A stretch of DNA of 64,000 bases, from assembly GCA_977020255.1 (NCBI GenBank), contig CDROCS010003321.1, positions 1 through 64,000 of the forward strand, in the 5' to 3' direction. The translations under genes and the position numbers were made by a program. Positions 21,590-32,236 of this stretch are shown piece by piece. The stretch's first letter is position 1, and each line of letters starts with the position of its first letter. The notes under the pieces were generated by a model, which saw only the letters and a list, made by a program, of their open reading frames with translations, was not told the origin of the DNA and did no database searches. This DNA comes from Obrimoposthia wandeli. Its lineage: Eukaryota.

Positions 21590-22150
21590 CTAGGCTGCTA
21601 CAGATTCATCTGTTTTAAATTTTATTCGTGCACCTAATGCTTGATCAGCTAAATGCCAGGCCTGAATCCACTTTGGCAGCACTGGGCTTTGCTCAGATAA
21701 GTTGGCATGCTCCATCAATACAGCAGTAGGAACATTACCTTGTTTTGCTCGAAACAATACTTTGGTTGCAGCAAGGGCATATGTTTCACCACCGACACTA
21801 AACTCTTGCTGCATGAATACCCATTTATCATCCCATCCTGCGATTGTGGTGATTAATTCAAAACGTTGGAATAAAGCGAGCGATTTTCGATAACGTATTG
21901 TTGAGCTGCCTAACAATGGCATCCATTTATGTTTAAAAATGGGCTTGTGCAATCCCAACGCAAAGGCCAAGTCAAAACGGCCTAAATCCATACAAGATAG
22001 GTATCTGCCATTGTTTTGATGTAGGTTTAAATCTAAATCCATCGGCCACACGCGCATGCTTAATGTAGAGGGCGTTAATGCATTGGTGTTATAGGTTTTA
22101 TTTGCAAAGCCTTTAACTAAAACCTTGGCCAATCTTAGGTGCATGTTCAT
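21590..22150 (-). CDS. Hotdog-fold acyl-CoA thioesterase
   Basis: VWPMDLDLNLHQNNGRY motif. Confidence 0.85.
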   Translation of the reverse strand: MNMHLRLAKVLVKGFANKTYNTNALTPSTLSMRVWPMDLDLNLHQNNGRYLSCMDLGRFDLAFALGLHKPIFKHKWMPLLGSSTIRYRKSLALFQRFELITTIAGWDDKWVFMQQEFSVGGETYALAATKVLFRAKQGNVPTAVLMEHANLSEQSPVLPKWIQAWHLADQALGARIKFKTDESVAA

Positions 22151-22221
22151 TTGGTTTTCTCATAAACTAAAAGTATAAATGTGAAATAAAGCTCCCCAGG
22201 GCAAGCCCTCACGCTGTGCAG

Positions 22222-22334
22222 GACTTGGCTTCGTGAAGCGGGGTATTCTAGTGACTTTTTGTGCTAATAAGCTCACGCCTTCAGATGCGGGAAATTTACC
22301 CTTGATGAATGAGACTATGCCTAATTCATCTCTA
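22222..22334 (+). repeat. Dispersed intergenic repeat, copy 3
   Basis: TTCGTGAAGCGGGGTATT...CTTGATGAATGAGACTATGCCTAATTCATCTCTA, abutting the stop of the - strand acyl-CoA dehydrogenase gene. Confidence 0.8.
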
Positions 22335-24128
22335 TTAAAACTGCTCTTCATCTAAGGCCATTACTGATTCAGATCCAGCCATTATTGTGGCAAATAGTCC
22401 GCTAGATTGCGGTAGAATCTTTTTCATATAAAACTTGGCTGTCATTATTTTCGCAGAATAAAATGCTGTATCTGCTGTATCGTTGTCAGCTAATTTTTGT
22501 TGCGCTACTTGAGCCATACGACACCACATAAAAGCGAGGGCGACTAAGCCAAATAACTTTAAATAATCATTAGCGACAGCCGCAGCATCTTCAGGGTCTT
22601 TCATTCCAGCCATTGCGATATGCCCAGTTGCTTGCTGTAGTCGAATAAAGGATTTTGAAAGCGGATGGATAAATTCAGCCAGCTCTGGGTTGATTAAATT
22701 TTCTTCTAAGTAGTTTTGAATAGGGTGGAAGAAATGGCGTAAATTACGTCCAGCCTTTGCAGGTAACTTACGACCAATGAGGTCAAGCGCTTGGATACCA
22801 TTAGTCCCTTCATAAATTTGGGTTATTCTGCAATCCCTTACCAATTGCTCCATGCCTGATTCGCGGATAAAACCATGTCCACCTAAAACTTGTACGCCTA
22901 AATTAGTACACTCAAACGCTACATCAGTGAATAATGATTTGACGATGGGCGTTGTTAATTGGACAAACTCGTTTGCATCAGCGCGACGTTGTTTATCAGG
23001 ATGAACAATCGAGTAATCATACTCTTGAGACACCCAAGCACCAAAGGCGCGGCAACCTTGAGTATAAGCGCGCATTGTCATTAACATACGACGCACATCA
23101 CTGTGTACAATTATTGGATCAGCTGCTTTATCAGGATGCTTAACACCCGACAATGACCGGCCTTGTAATCTGTCTTTTGCATAGGCAACCGCCCCTTGGT
23201 ATGAAGCTTCACATAACCCAAGACCTTGCATGCCCACAGCTAGGCGCGCTCGGTTCATCATCGAAAACATCGCTTTCATGCCTTTATTTAAATCACCGAC
23301 TAGCCATCCTTGAGAGCAATCAAAATTAAGCGTACAGGTTGCTGATGCCTTAATTCCCATTTTGTCTTCTATAGAGCTGCAAATCACATCATTGTGTTGT
23401 GTTATATGTCTTTGCTGATCAAATTGGTATTTTGGCACTACAAATAAGCTAATACCTTTTATGCCTGCAACGGCATCAGGTGTGCGCGCTAATACCAAGT
23501 GCACTATATTTTCGGTTAAATCGTGATCGCCCGCAGAGATAAAGATTTTAGTGCCAGTGATTGCATACGACCCATCATCTTGTCGTTCCGCTTTGGTTCT
23601 ACATAACCCTAAATCGGTACCGCAGTGGGGTTCTGTTAGGCACATAGTACCTGACCAACTTCCATCAACTAGTTTTGGTAAAAATTGTTGTTTTATATCG
23701 CTATTAGCAAACATATGTAGTGCATGATAAGCACCAAAAGATAAACCTGGATACATCCCAAATGATAAATTTGAAGAGCAGAGCATTTCCTCTAGCATAG
23801 AATGCACACTTTTAGGCATATTCATCCCGCCGTATTGCGTATCGCAACTGAAACTGGTCCAACCACCTTGGCAAAGCATACTATATGCTTCTTTAAAGCC
23901 CGCTGGTGTTGTAACTTTACCCTCAGCTAAATGACAGCCCTGTTCATCGCCGCTGCGATTAAGTGGTGTTAATACGTCTTGCGCAAAGGTGGCAGCCGCA
24001 TCTAATACGGGCTCTACTAGGTCACGGCTAATTTCTTCGAATCCTTCAAATTCTTGTAGTTTATCTGTGTTGAAAAGCTCGTATAAAACAAATTGCATAT
24101 CACGTGTAGGCGCTTGATAATTAGGCAT
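22335..24128 (-). CDS. Long acyl-CoA dehydrogenase (~600 aa family)
   Basis: MCLTEPHCGTDL, GTKIFISAG, KMGIKASAT, GGHGFI and IYEGTNGIQ. Confidence 0.92.
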   Translation of the reverse strand: MPNYQAPTRDMQFVLYELFNTDKLQEFEGFEEISRDLVEPVLDAAATFAQDVLTPLNRSGDEQGCHLAEGKVTTPAGFKEAYSMLCQGGWTSFSCDTQYGGMNMPKSVHSMLEEMLCSSNLSFGMYPGLSFGAYHALHMFANSDIKQQFLPKLVDGSWSGTMCLTEPHCGTDLGLCRTKAERQDDGSYAITGTKIFISAGDHDLTENIVHLVLARTPDAVAGIKGISLFVVPKYQFDQQRHITQHNDVICSSIEDKMGIKASATCTLNFDCSQGWLVGDLNKGMKAMFSMMNRARLAVGMQGLGLCEASYQGAVAYAKDRLQGRSLSGVKHPDKAADPIIVHSDVRRMLMTMRAYTQGCRAFGAWVSQEYDYSIVHPDKQRRADANEFVQLTTPIVKSLFTDVAFECTNLGVQVLGGHGFIRESGMEQLVRDCRITQIYEGTNGIQALDLIGRKLPAKAGRNLRHFFHPIQNYLEENLINPELAEFIHPLSKSFIRLQQATGHIAMAGMKDPEDAAAVANDYLKLFGLVALAFMWCRMAQVAQQKLADNDTADTAFYSAKIMTAKFYMKKILPQSSGLFATIMAGSESVMALDEEQF

Positions 24129-24143
24129 AATAATTCCTTTGTT

Positions 24144-26489
24144 TTAGTTTCTTAAAGGTTTTCCAGTTAACAGTATGTGCTCAACTCTATCTAAACTATC
24201 GCGGTGGCGAATTATTTTCATAAAGCTTTTGCGCTCAAGTGCAAGTACATCATCTTCAGATAGCTCACGTTTAGGGTCAGCATTTTCGCCACCGGTGAGT
24301 ATATCGGCTACCGCTAAAGACACGACTCGATCATGCTTGGTGGCTTTGCCATTGCGTACAAAACCTTCTACTACCATCGTAAAAGCCGCTTTAGCACTTG
24401 GCCCTGGTAAATTAAACACTAGCGGCTCTGGTGGCTGATATTGGTGCGATAGCTGTATCGCTTTTTGCTTAGCATCAGCGAGTAAGCGATAGCGATTCAT
24501 GGTGATGCCATCGCTGTGGCGCATAACTAAATTCGCTTTAGCCTCTTCTGCTGATTTAGACACTTGTGCAGTGGAAATCAACTCAAACGCTTTAGCAGGG
24601 CCTGGCATTGGGCCTTTGGCGTTCTTTGGATTGTGTGTCCAACGGTCTAACATTTCTTTACAGCCTCCCCAAGCAGGCACCAAACCAACACCGACTTCTA
24701 CTAAACCGGTATACGTTTCAATGTGTGCTTGCACGGCATCACTGTGTAATAAAATCTCACAGCCACCACCGAGTGCCATACCACACGGTGCCGATACCAC
24801 AGGGAAGGGCGCATATTTAAGTGCTTTATAAGCTTGTTGACCATCTAAGACAATTTTGGCAATTTCTGACCAAGCGGCAATATTGGCAGCAAACATAGCT
24901 AAGCCTAAATTAGCACCGGCTGAAAAATTGTTTGAATCATTATAAATAACCAGCGCTTTGAAGTTATTTTTCACCTCTACTATGGACTGCTGTAATAGCT
25001 TCATGGTGTTAGAGTCTAAAGAGTTCATTTTAGAGGTAAACTCAAAACAGGCGACCCCATCGCCTATGTCCCATAGGGCTGCAGAACTATTTTTTATAAT
25101 TGCCTTGCTGCCACGCTTAATATCAGCCAGCATGACAACGCCTTCGGCTCGTTCAACCACTGCATATTTTGCACTTTGTTTGCTCTCTAATTGTGTTAAG
25201 AAATGCAGCTGCTGATCGTTTTCTTGATAGAAGCTTTTACCTAATGCGTTCAGCAAAACAGGGGGAATATACTTACTTTCCTTCTCTAGTTTATCAACTA
25301 GCCAATCAACACCTAATTTATCAATAAGCTCAAAAGGACCAAATTTCCAGTTATACCCTAAACGCATCGCCTCATCTATTGCGGTAATATCATTGGCAGC
25401 TTGCGGTATTAACATCGCAGCGTAGGCTAATGTTTTGGACATAACGCGCCATGCGTAGTTTCCGCCTTTATCTTTAGTATCAAATAGTTGCTTAATGTTA
25501 TTAACGTTGATTTTAGCACTGTCTAAATCCACTTTAGCAACAGCGCTGTAATCACCAGAGTCTAAGCTAATAGATTCTTTAATTTTTACACCGTCTTCTT
25601 TACGGATTCGATAAAAACCACCTTTACCTTTACGACCGGTATAACCTTTATTTATCATCTCAAGTAATAGCGGAAGTTCACGTTTTATTTTTACAAATGG
25701 ATCATTTGCTGGTAATAAATCAATCATTGAATCGACAACATTAGGCATTAAATCCAGCCCAACTAAGTCCATTAATGCAAACACGCCCGTTTTTGGCACA
25801 CCGCAAGGTTTAGATAAAACAGCATCAGCCTCTTCAATACTCATGCCGCAATCCATCGCTTCAATCAACGCACAGTATATCCAATAAATGCCTAACCGAT
25901 TGGCAATAAATCCTGGACTGTCTTTACAATTTATAACCGATTTTCCTAACTTGTAATCACAAAAAGCATGAATGGATGAAGCGGTTGTATCTAAGGTTTT
26001 TTCACCTACCACTAACTCTAATAGACGCATATAACGAGGTGGATTAAAGAAATGGGTGATACAAAAATGCTCACAAAAACTATCACTTAAGCCATTGAGT
26101 AAAGAAGTAAGGGGAATGGTAGAGGTATTAGAGGAGACGATAGCATCCGCTTTTTTGTGTTTCTCTATGTCTTTATACAGCGCTTGTTTAACGTCTAATC
26201 GCTCAACAACTGCTTCTATAACCCAATCACAGTGCGCTATTTGTGATAAATCATCTTCGGTATTAAGAGGAGTGATCAAGCTGGCGTTACGTTTATGAGT
26301 TAATGGTGCAGGATTGGCCTTTAGCAACTTTTGGATTGCCCGTTTTGCAACGCAATTTCGATCACCATCAACCGCATCTTTAGGTGGCAAATCTAGCAAT
26401 AAAACTTCACAACCAGCATTCGCTATATGGGCGGCAATGTTTGCCCCCATCACTCCTGCACCAATTACACATACTTTTTTAATATCCAT
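24144..26489 (-). CDS. 3-hydroxyacyl-CoA dehydrogenase / enoyl-CoA hydratase (FadN-type)
   Basis: GAGVMG, HFFNPPRY, DSPGFIANR and a C-terminal crotonase domain (GGGCE, GLVEVGVG). Confidence 0.92.
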   Translation of the reverse strand: MDIKKVCVIGAGVMGANIAAHIANAGCEVLLLDLPPKDAVDGDRNCVAKRAIQKLLKANPAPLTHKRNASLITPLNTEDDLSQIAHCDWVIEAVVERLDVKQALYKDIEKHKKADAIVSSNTSTIPLTSLLNGLSDSFCEHFCITHFFNPPRYMRLLELVVGEKTLDTTASSIHAFCDYKLGKSVINCKDSPGFIANRLGIYWIYCALIEAMDCGMSIEEADAVLSKPCGVPKTGVFALMDLVGLDLMPNVVDSMIDLLPANDPFVKIKRELPLLLEMINKGYTGRKGKGGFYRIRKEDGVKIKESISLDSGDYSAVAKVDLDSAKINVNNIKQLFDTKDKGGNYAWRVMSKTLAYAAMLIPQAANDITAIDEAMRLGYNWKFGPFELIDKLGVDWLVDKLEKESKYIPPVLLNALGKSFYQENDQQLHFLTQLESKQSAKYAVVERAEGVVMLADIKRGSKAIIKNSSAALWDIGDGVACFEFTSKMNSLDSNTMKLLQQSIVEVKNNFKALVIYNDSNNFSAGANLGLAMFAANIAAWSEIAKIVLDGQQAYKALKYAPFPVVSAPCGMALGGGCEILLHSDAVQAHIETYTGLVEVGVGLVPAWGGCKEMLDRWTHNPKNAKGPMPGPAKAFELISTAQVSKSAEEAKANLVMRHSDGITMNRYRLLADAKQKAIQLSHQYQPPEPLVFNLPGPSAKAAFTMVVEGFVRNGKATKHDRVVSLAVADILTGGENADPKRELSEDDVLALERKSFMKIIRHRDSLDRVEHILLTGKPLRN

Positions 26490-27620
26490 TTATATAGCCT
26501 CCACAATTGTTGCTATTCCCTGGCCACCTCCAACACACTGAGTCGCTAAGCCGTAACGTTTGCCTTCTCGCTGCAAAAGGGAAGCAACTTTTCCTACAAT
26601 ACGCGCACCCGTTGCACCTAAAGGGTGGCCTAATGCGATTGCACCACCATCAATATTTACTTTTTCAGGGTCTAATTTTAACTCGTTAATACAGGCAATT
26701 GATTGGGAAGCAAACGCTTCATTTAGCTCTACTATGTCTATATCATCAATAGTTAAACCCGCTCTTTTTAAGGCTTTTCTGGTAGCATATACTGGGCCCA
26801 TACCCATAATATCAGGATCGCAACCGGACACAGCTATAGAGGTAATTTTAGCTAGCGCTTTAATATTATTATTAGCGGCATACTGTGCAGAGCAAACGAA
26901 TACCGCACTAGCACCATCTGTTAAAGGCGAGCTAGTGCCAGCCGTTACGCTACCATTTACATCAAAGGCTGGCTTTAAACCCGCAAGACCTTCTAGTGTT
27001 GTATCTGCTCTAATACAACCATCTTCTTTAATGCCGTTGATTTCAACAATCTCATCGTTAAAGTGACCCTGTTTTTGTGCTATTGCCGCTTTTAATTGAG
27101 AGGCTACAGCAAACGCTTCTTGCGCTTCACGACTTATTTTATATCGACTGGCAACCACTTCTGCTGTATCACCCATACCCATTAACGTGTTTGGGTTTTG
27201 TGAGAAAAGGGTAGGGTTAGGCATAGGATTAAATCCCATCATAGGCACCCGTGACATACTTTCAATGCCGGCACAAATAAACGCATCACCAGCACCTAGC
27301 GCTATATTACCTGCTGCCATATGTATTGCTTGCATTGAGGACCCACACCAGCGATTGATAGTTGATCCTGCGACGCTATTGGGCAAACCACTCATAAACA
27401 CAATTAAACGCGCAATATTAAACCCTTGTTCGCCTTCAGGAAAAGCACAACCACAAATTAAATCTTCAATATCAGCTTTGTTAATAGAGGTGCGCTCTAA
27501 CAGATCAGTAACCACCGCTGCTAATAAGTCATCGGGACGAAGTTTACTAAAATTTCCTTTATGCGCTAATTGAAAAGGGGACCTAGCGTATGCTGCTATC
27601 ACTGCATTATTCATAAACAC
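26490..27620 (-). CDS. Acetyl-CoA C-acyltransferase (thiolase)
   Basis: NRWCGSS, NEAFA, GHPLGATG and CVGGGQG. Confidence 0.94.
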   Translation of the reverse strand: MFMNNAVIAAYARSPFQLAHKGNFSKLRPDDLLAAVVTDLLERTSINKADIEDLICGCAFPEGEQGFNIARLIVFMSGLPNSVAGSTINRWCGSSMQAIHMAAGNIALGAGDAFICAGIESMSRVPMMGFNPMPNPTLFSQNPNTLMGMGDTAEVVASRYKISREAQEAFAVASQLKAAIAQKQGHFNDEIVEINGIKEDGCIRADTTLEGLAGLKPAFDVNGSVTAGTSSPLTDGASAVFVCSAQYAANNNIKALAKITSIAVSGCDPDIMGMGPVYATRKALKRAGLTIDDIDIVELNEAFASQSIACINELKLDPEKVNIDGGAIALGHPLGATGARIVGKVASLLQREGKRYGLATQCVGGGQGIATIVEAI

Positions 27621-27648
27621 CTCTATTAAATTATTGGAACATACCTTT

Positions 27649-28026
27649 TTACTGACTTAAGGCATCTTCACATATGTCTTGGATTTCATTTAACTCAGTT
27701 AACACTAGATCTATTTCATTACGTTGCTCAAGCAACTCATTGATTTTTATCTTTACTTTGTCGTTAAGCAGTTTGGTTTGTAGTACATTATTGGTATCAA
27801 TATTATATAAATCTAAAAACTCTCTGATCTCCGCTAAGCTAAACCCTAGCCTTTTACCACGTAAGATAAGAATTAACCTGGCCTTATCTTTATGTGAGTA
27901 CACCCTTGTGGTGCCAGCGCGCTGAGGGAGCAACAACTCTTTGCTTTCATAAAAGCGAATTGCCCGTTGCGTTATATTCAGCTCTTTTGCAAGTTCAGGT
28001 ACAGTATAAAAATCAGTATGAGACAT
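27649..28026 (-). CDS. MerR-family regulator (LiuR-like)
   Basis: HTH ITQRAIRFYE...RGKRLGFSLAEI; heads the beta-oxidation operon. Confidence 0.88.
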   Translation of the reverse strand: MSHTDFYTVPELAKELNITQRAIRFYESKELLLPQRAGTTRVYSHKDKARLILILRGKRLGFSLAEIREFLDLYNIDTNNVLQTKLLNDKVKIKINELLEQRNEIDLVLTELNEIQDICEDALSQ

Positions 28027-28083
28027 TTTTCCCCTTAGAATCTAACGTTAAATCTTATACAATTACACTTTAAGTAATTCATA

Positions 28084-28097
28084 TGACCTATAGGTAA
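28084..28097. promoter_or_regulatory. Candidate operator for the LiuR-like regulator
   Basis: Near-palindrome TGACCTATAGGTAA ~60 bp upstream of the MerR gene. Confidence 0.35.
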
Positions 28098-28149
28098 CAT
28101 GAAGTATAGTATAAATCAAAGAAAATGTTATTTTGGCTATAAAATAGGC

Positions 28150-28178
28150 AAAAAAAAGCCTTCACAGATGAAGGCTTT
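28150..28178 (-). terminator. Intrinsic terminator of fadL
   Basis: AAAGCCTTCA-CAGA-TGAAGGCTTT stem with an A tract (U tail on - strand). Confidence 0.75.
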
Positions 28179-28236
28179 CTAAATAGGGATGAGTTAAGCG
28201 GAGGTTAAATTTTACATAGTTTGCTGAGCAATTTAA

Positions 28237-29541
28237 TTAGAAGCTATATTCATAGCCAACGCTTAATATGTTCACCTTAGGATCGAATTCTCCACTGTAA
28301 GCAGAATTTTTTGAGCTTTCAGTGATTTTTGCTTTTTTTGCTCTAATATGAGAAAAACCAACATTTACAGTCGACTGTCTATTTATTTTATAGTTAGCAC
28401 CTACTGAGGCCCAGTATCTAGTCGCATCTGGTATGCCTGCCGTTCTGTATTCGTCATTTGCTGCGCCTTCATCATAGGCAATACCAAATTTAAGTTGTAA
28501 TTTTGGGTCGTACTGGTAGTTAGCACCTACGGCAATAAACAACGTATCATCCCAATGATATTCTGTGGTTACAGCGGGCGTGCTGCTTCCGTTTTTGGTT
28601 ACTTGTAATGTGTCAAATTGTGACCAGTCAGTCCAGGCAATATCTGCCAATAACGCCCATTTATCAGAGACTTCGTGATAAATACCTACCGAGGCGACCG
28701 CTGGTAACGTTAGATCTGCATGCGCATCAAAATTCACAGCAGAAACACTCGGGTTAGTTGAGTTTGATATATCTCCTTTAAGTGTGTGCTTTATTTTAGA
28801 GCGATAATTAAAACCTACTCGACCTTTATCACTGTATTCATATAAAAAGCCTAGAGAATAACCAAACCCAGTGTCATCAGCTTTAAGAGTGGTGATGGAG
28901 GAGGGGGCACCTGCAGCTAAAATTGTTTGGTTTGATAAAGTCCCTTCAACTTTTTGAAATTGAATACTGCCGCCAACTGAGAACTGATCATTAAGCTTTA
29001 TTGCAAATGAGGGCGCTACATTAATAGTTTTAACTTCACTAAACACATTGTACTCAGCACCCACCCAGTTTTTGTTATATTTTGTAGACAAGCCAAAAGG
29101 AGCGTTAACACCTATACCAAATTTAACTGTTTGGCTGTAATCCCATACTGCGTAAGCCGCTGGGACAAATGCTGATTTACCACCGTTTACATTACTGCTA
29201 TTAGGAAAATAAAATGCACCTGCACCGTTATTTGTTCCGTGATCATATTTAGCACTTGGATCAATGTAGGATAGGTTCGATTGTACTTTATTGCCTTTTA
29301 ATCTGGTCATACCGGCAGGGTTAAAAAAGATAGTACTCGCATCGACTGCTTTGGCTGTTTGGCCGGCAAAAGAGTTTCCTTGTCCCTCTGCGCTTTGCTC
29401 TTTTAATTGGAAGCCTGCTCCATTTACATTGGGTATGACCCCAATAAACGATATTGCACCTGCTATTGCAATAAATTTTGTTCCCTGTTTTTTGTTAAGC
29501 ATATAGCCTCTCTTATTATTAATTGTCTTCAATTGATACAC
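28237..29541 (-). CDS. fadL: FadL/OmpP1 long-chain fatty acid outer-membrane transporter
   Basis: AGFQLKEQS plug, FNPAGM, PFGLST and a C-terminal YSF. Confidence 0.88.
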   Translation of the reverse strand: MYQLKTINNKRGYMLNKKQGTKFIAIAGAISFIGVIPNVNGAGFQLKEQSAEGQGNSFAGQTAKAVDASTIFFNPAGMTRLKGNKVQSNLSYIDPSAKYDHGTNNGAGAFYFPNSSNVNGGKSAFVPAAYAVWDYSQTVKFGIGVNAPFGLSTKYNKNWVGAEYNVFSEVKTINVAPSFAIKLNDQFSVGGSIQFQKVEGTLSNQTILAAGAPSSITTLKADDTGFGYSLGFLYEYSDKGRVGFNYRSKIKHTLKGDISNSTNPSVSAVNFDAHADLTLPAVASVGIYHEVSDKWALLADIAWTDWSQFDTLQVTKNGSSTPAVTTEYHWDDTLFIAVGANYQYDPKLQLKFGIAYDEGAANDEYRTAGIPDATRYWASVGANYKINRQSTVNVGFSHIRAKKAKITESSKNSAYSGEFDPKVNILSVGYEYSF

Positions 29542-30762
29542 TTAATGTAATCTTTAAAATATGAGCCGTAATAAATGATAAAAATACTGTGCCTAAAATA
29601 CACTCATGATTACGATCCTAGGGGTTCATTCCCTTGTTTGGGCATGCCCTTATCATCTCTGTTCAAATAACCACTTAAAGGTATAGAGCTGGTTTATATC
29701 GTGTTGAATTACCCAAATTAAATGATTTTTTACACTCTAATCCATTACTGGGCTACACAATAGTATAAGCACAGTAATATTAATGTAAATTCATTTTATA
29801 TTAATATACAGAAATATAGTTAAACAGTTGTTAGATTTCATGCATTTAAAACGCCATTGAAACTTAATCCACTACAAATTACTACTTTATTCAAAGTATT
29901 TATCTAATTTGATTAACAAGTATTCGTCCAGATACTGGGCCGTTGTGAGGCTGATCCACTGCCTCGAGATGGACATTGCTAGATATTAGCGGTGAGTTAA
30001 TCAATTTAACTACACCTAGTTATGATCAGATCAATCCAAAGGATCAGCCGCAGTAGGCAACTGTTTCTGGATAGGGACTAACTAGCAGCAAGCTTTCATA
30101 AAACAGCTACTTTGTGCGAAAACGGTACACAGTGAATGGAATCTTATGAGGCAAATCCACTTCTAAATATCACCAAACCTGCTGAAACTCAAGTAGCTTA
30201 CAACCAAAACTGATATAAGAGAAAGTAAATACTAACATTGGATGTTTGTCACATATTTTAAATTTTGTATAGAAATTACTTATTCATGTAATTTTTATTA
30301 TGTTAAATAGGATATGTATTTTTATTCGTTACTGTTGTGACCATATAATGACTCGCATAGCTTTAAACAATGCGTGATGTTTGTAGGTACTTGAAGATAA
30401 AAACTAAAAACAATATTGAACATTCACAGTAATTATTGATAGTAATGCTTTTTAATTACAAAAACGTAATTCAAAAAAGCTGAGGTGTTACTTACCAAAA
30501 CTCCTCAAAAAAAAGCAACTTTGTATCAATACTAATGAGATGAGTGTTGGCATGAAAACATGCTTAATCATTTCTTAAACTTAACAGCGACCCGTTTATT
30601 CTAAGTTATTCAGAATGCCAGCAACGTAAACTAGCAGGTACAAGAATAATTACAGAGGCAAATATTGATGAGTGAAGTTAGATACGAGCTAACGATGAAT
30701 TGCAAAATGAGCGGTTGATGATTGGATTTACAACCATAATCTAGATAAGAGGTTACAAATAC

Positions 30763-30808
30763 ACTATCCTTATGTCCAATACTCTTAAGTATTGGACATA
30801 AGGATAGT
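30763..30808. repeat. Perfect inverted repeat, 21-bp arms and 4-bp spacer
   Basis: ACTATCCTTATGTCCAATACT-CTTA-AGTATTGGACATAAGGATAGT, 48 bp upstream of the integrase ATG. Confidence 0.92.
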
Positions 30809-30856
30809 TTCGATTATAATGCCTCTCACACTACATTTACCACTATTTGGACGTTT

Positions 30857-32125
30857 ATGCTTAAAGTCACGCCACTAATCAATACATTTGCTGAAATAAG
30901 AAACCAACGCTCTCTATTGGTTAATCACCAACTAGAAACTCAATATCCTGATTTATCTGCTTTTCTAAGCTCGCTTGATCATTTACAGCCTGTAGCAGAA
31001 AAAGAGCTAATATTTGTATTGGAGTTTTTGCACATAATGGGCCGCAAATCTGATGGCACATATATACGCTTTAGAAATGAAATTGAACGCTGGTGTTTGT
31101 TTTGTTGGCAATCGCGCAGTAAAGGTATTTTTCAAGTGAATCGTAATGATATAGAAGCCTATATTGAGTTTGTATGGAAACCTGATAAAAACTGCATTGG
31201 AACCTCTGTACAGCAAAGGTTTAAACCACATGCCGGTCAATTTAGCTCTAATGATAAGTGGCGTCCGTTTGTCAGTAAAGTTGCAAAATCTATGACAAAA
31301 AAAATGTTAGATGTATCTCCCAATGTCGATGATTACCGCCCATCTCAAGAATCTTTAATTTCAACTTTTACAGCGATTAGTGTGCTATATCAACACGCAC
31401 AAATGGAAGAAATTTGCGATAAAAACTTCGTGCCTGTAGTAAAGAAAAGTTGTCCTTATTTAGTTAAAGAAGTTCAACGCAAGACACCTGATACATTGAG
31501 CGAATTGCAATGGGAATACGTTTTAGAAACAACCATAGACATGGCCGATAAAGACCATCAGTTTGAGCGTAATTTATTTATTATAGTCACCTTAAAATCC
31601 CTTTATTTACGGGTGTCTGAATTATCAGAACATGCGAAATGGCGCCCAAGAATGTCTGACTTTAACAAAGATGATGATGGGTTTTGGTATTTAACCGTCT
31701 TTGGCAAAGGTAATAAAATACGTTCAGTAACGGTGCCCCAAGCTTATTTACTGTTTTTAAAGCGCTACCGAGCTTATAGAGGCCTTTCTTCCCTGCCCTC
31801 GCCTGATGAGGATATAGCGATGCTTAATAAGCTTCGAGGCTCAGGTAATATGAGCGCTAGACAGGTAAGAAGAATAGTAGAACAAAGCTTTGATTATGCG
31901 ATTAAAGCATTACAAAAAGATGGCTTCAATGAGGATGCAAACTATTTAATGGCAGCTACAACACACTGGTTAAGGCATACAGGTGCAACAGCTGATGCAG
32001 GTAGCAGACCATTAAAACATCTGGCTGATGAGCTAGGCCATGCATCATCCGAAACAACCGATAAAAACTATATTCAAAGTAACATAAAGGATAGAGCGAG
32101 AAGTGGCATTAATAGAAAAATCTGA
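30857..32125 (+). CDS. Tyrosine recombinase / site-specific integrase
   Basis: Catalytic set YLRVSE (R), GKGNK (K), HWLRH (HxxR), LGH and KNY (Y). Confidence 0.92.
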   Translation: MLKVTPLINTFAEIRNQRSLLVNHQLETQYPDLSAFLSSLDHLQPVAEKELIFVLEFLHIMGRKSDGTYIRFRNEIERWCLFCWQSRSKGIFQVNRNDIEAYIEFVWKPDKNCIGTSVQQRFKPHAGQFSSNDKWRPFVSKVAKSMTKKMLDVSPNVDDYRPSQESLISTFTAISVLYQHAQMEEICDKNFVPVVKKSCPYLVKEVQRKTPDTLSELQWEYVLETTIDMADKDHQFERNLFIIVTLKSLYLRVSELSEHAKWRPRMSDFNKDDDGFWYLTVFGKGNKIRSVTVPQAYLLFLKRYRAYRGLSSLPSPDEDIAMLNKLRGSGNMSARQVRRIVEQSFDYAIKALQKDGFNEDANYLMAATTHWLRHTGATADAGSRPLKHLADELGHASSETTDKNYIQSNIKDRARSGINRKI

Positions 32126-32236
32126 ACCCTGGGACTAAGTGAGCTACTTGTTTTAAATGCCATCACAGCGACACACAATCAAAAATAACATAAGGCATCT
32201 TTGATTGTGATGACATAACTAGCTATCGTTAACCTT

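Noticed and set aside
22335-24128. Acyl-CoA dehydrogenase as DmdC (DMSP demethylation route)
   Set aside because: The same ~600-aa family includes many general FadE-like enzymes, and the context is a beta-oxidation operon; it cannot be assigned without phylogeny
30140-30200. c-di-GMP-I riboswitch suggested by GGCAAA
   Set aside because: The remaining conserved GEMM stems and motifs are absent
30857-32125. Tyrosine recombinase as the integron integrase for the attC array
   Set aside because: It is 422 aa with a long N-terminal region, I saw no IntI-specific insertion, it is ~25 kb from the array, and there is no adjacent attI
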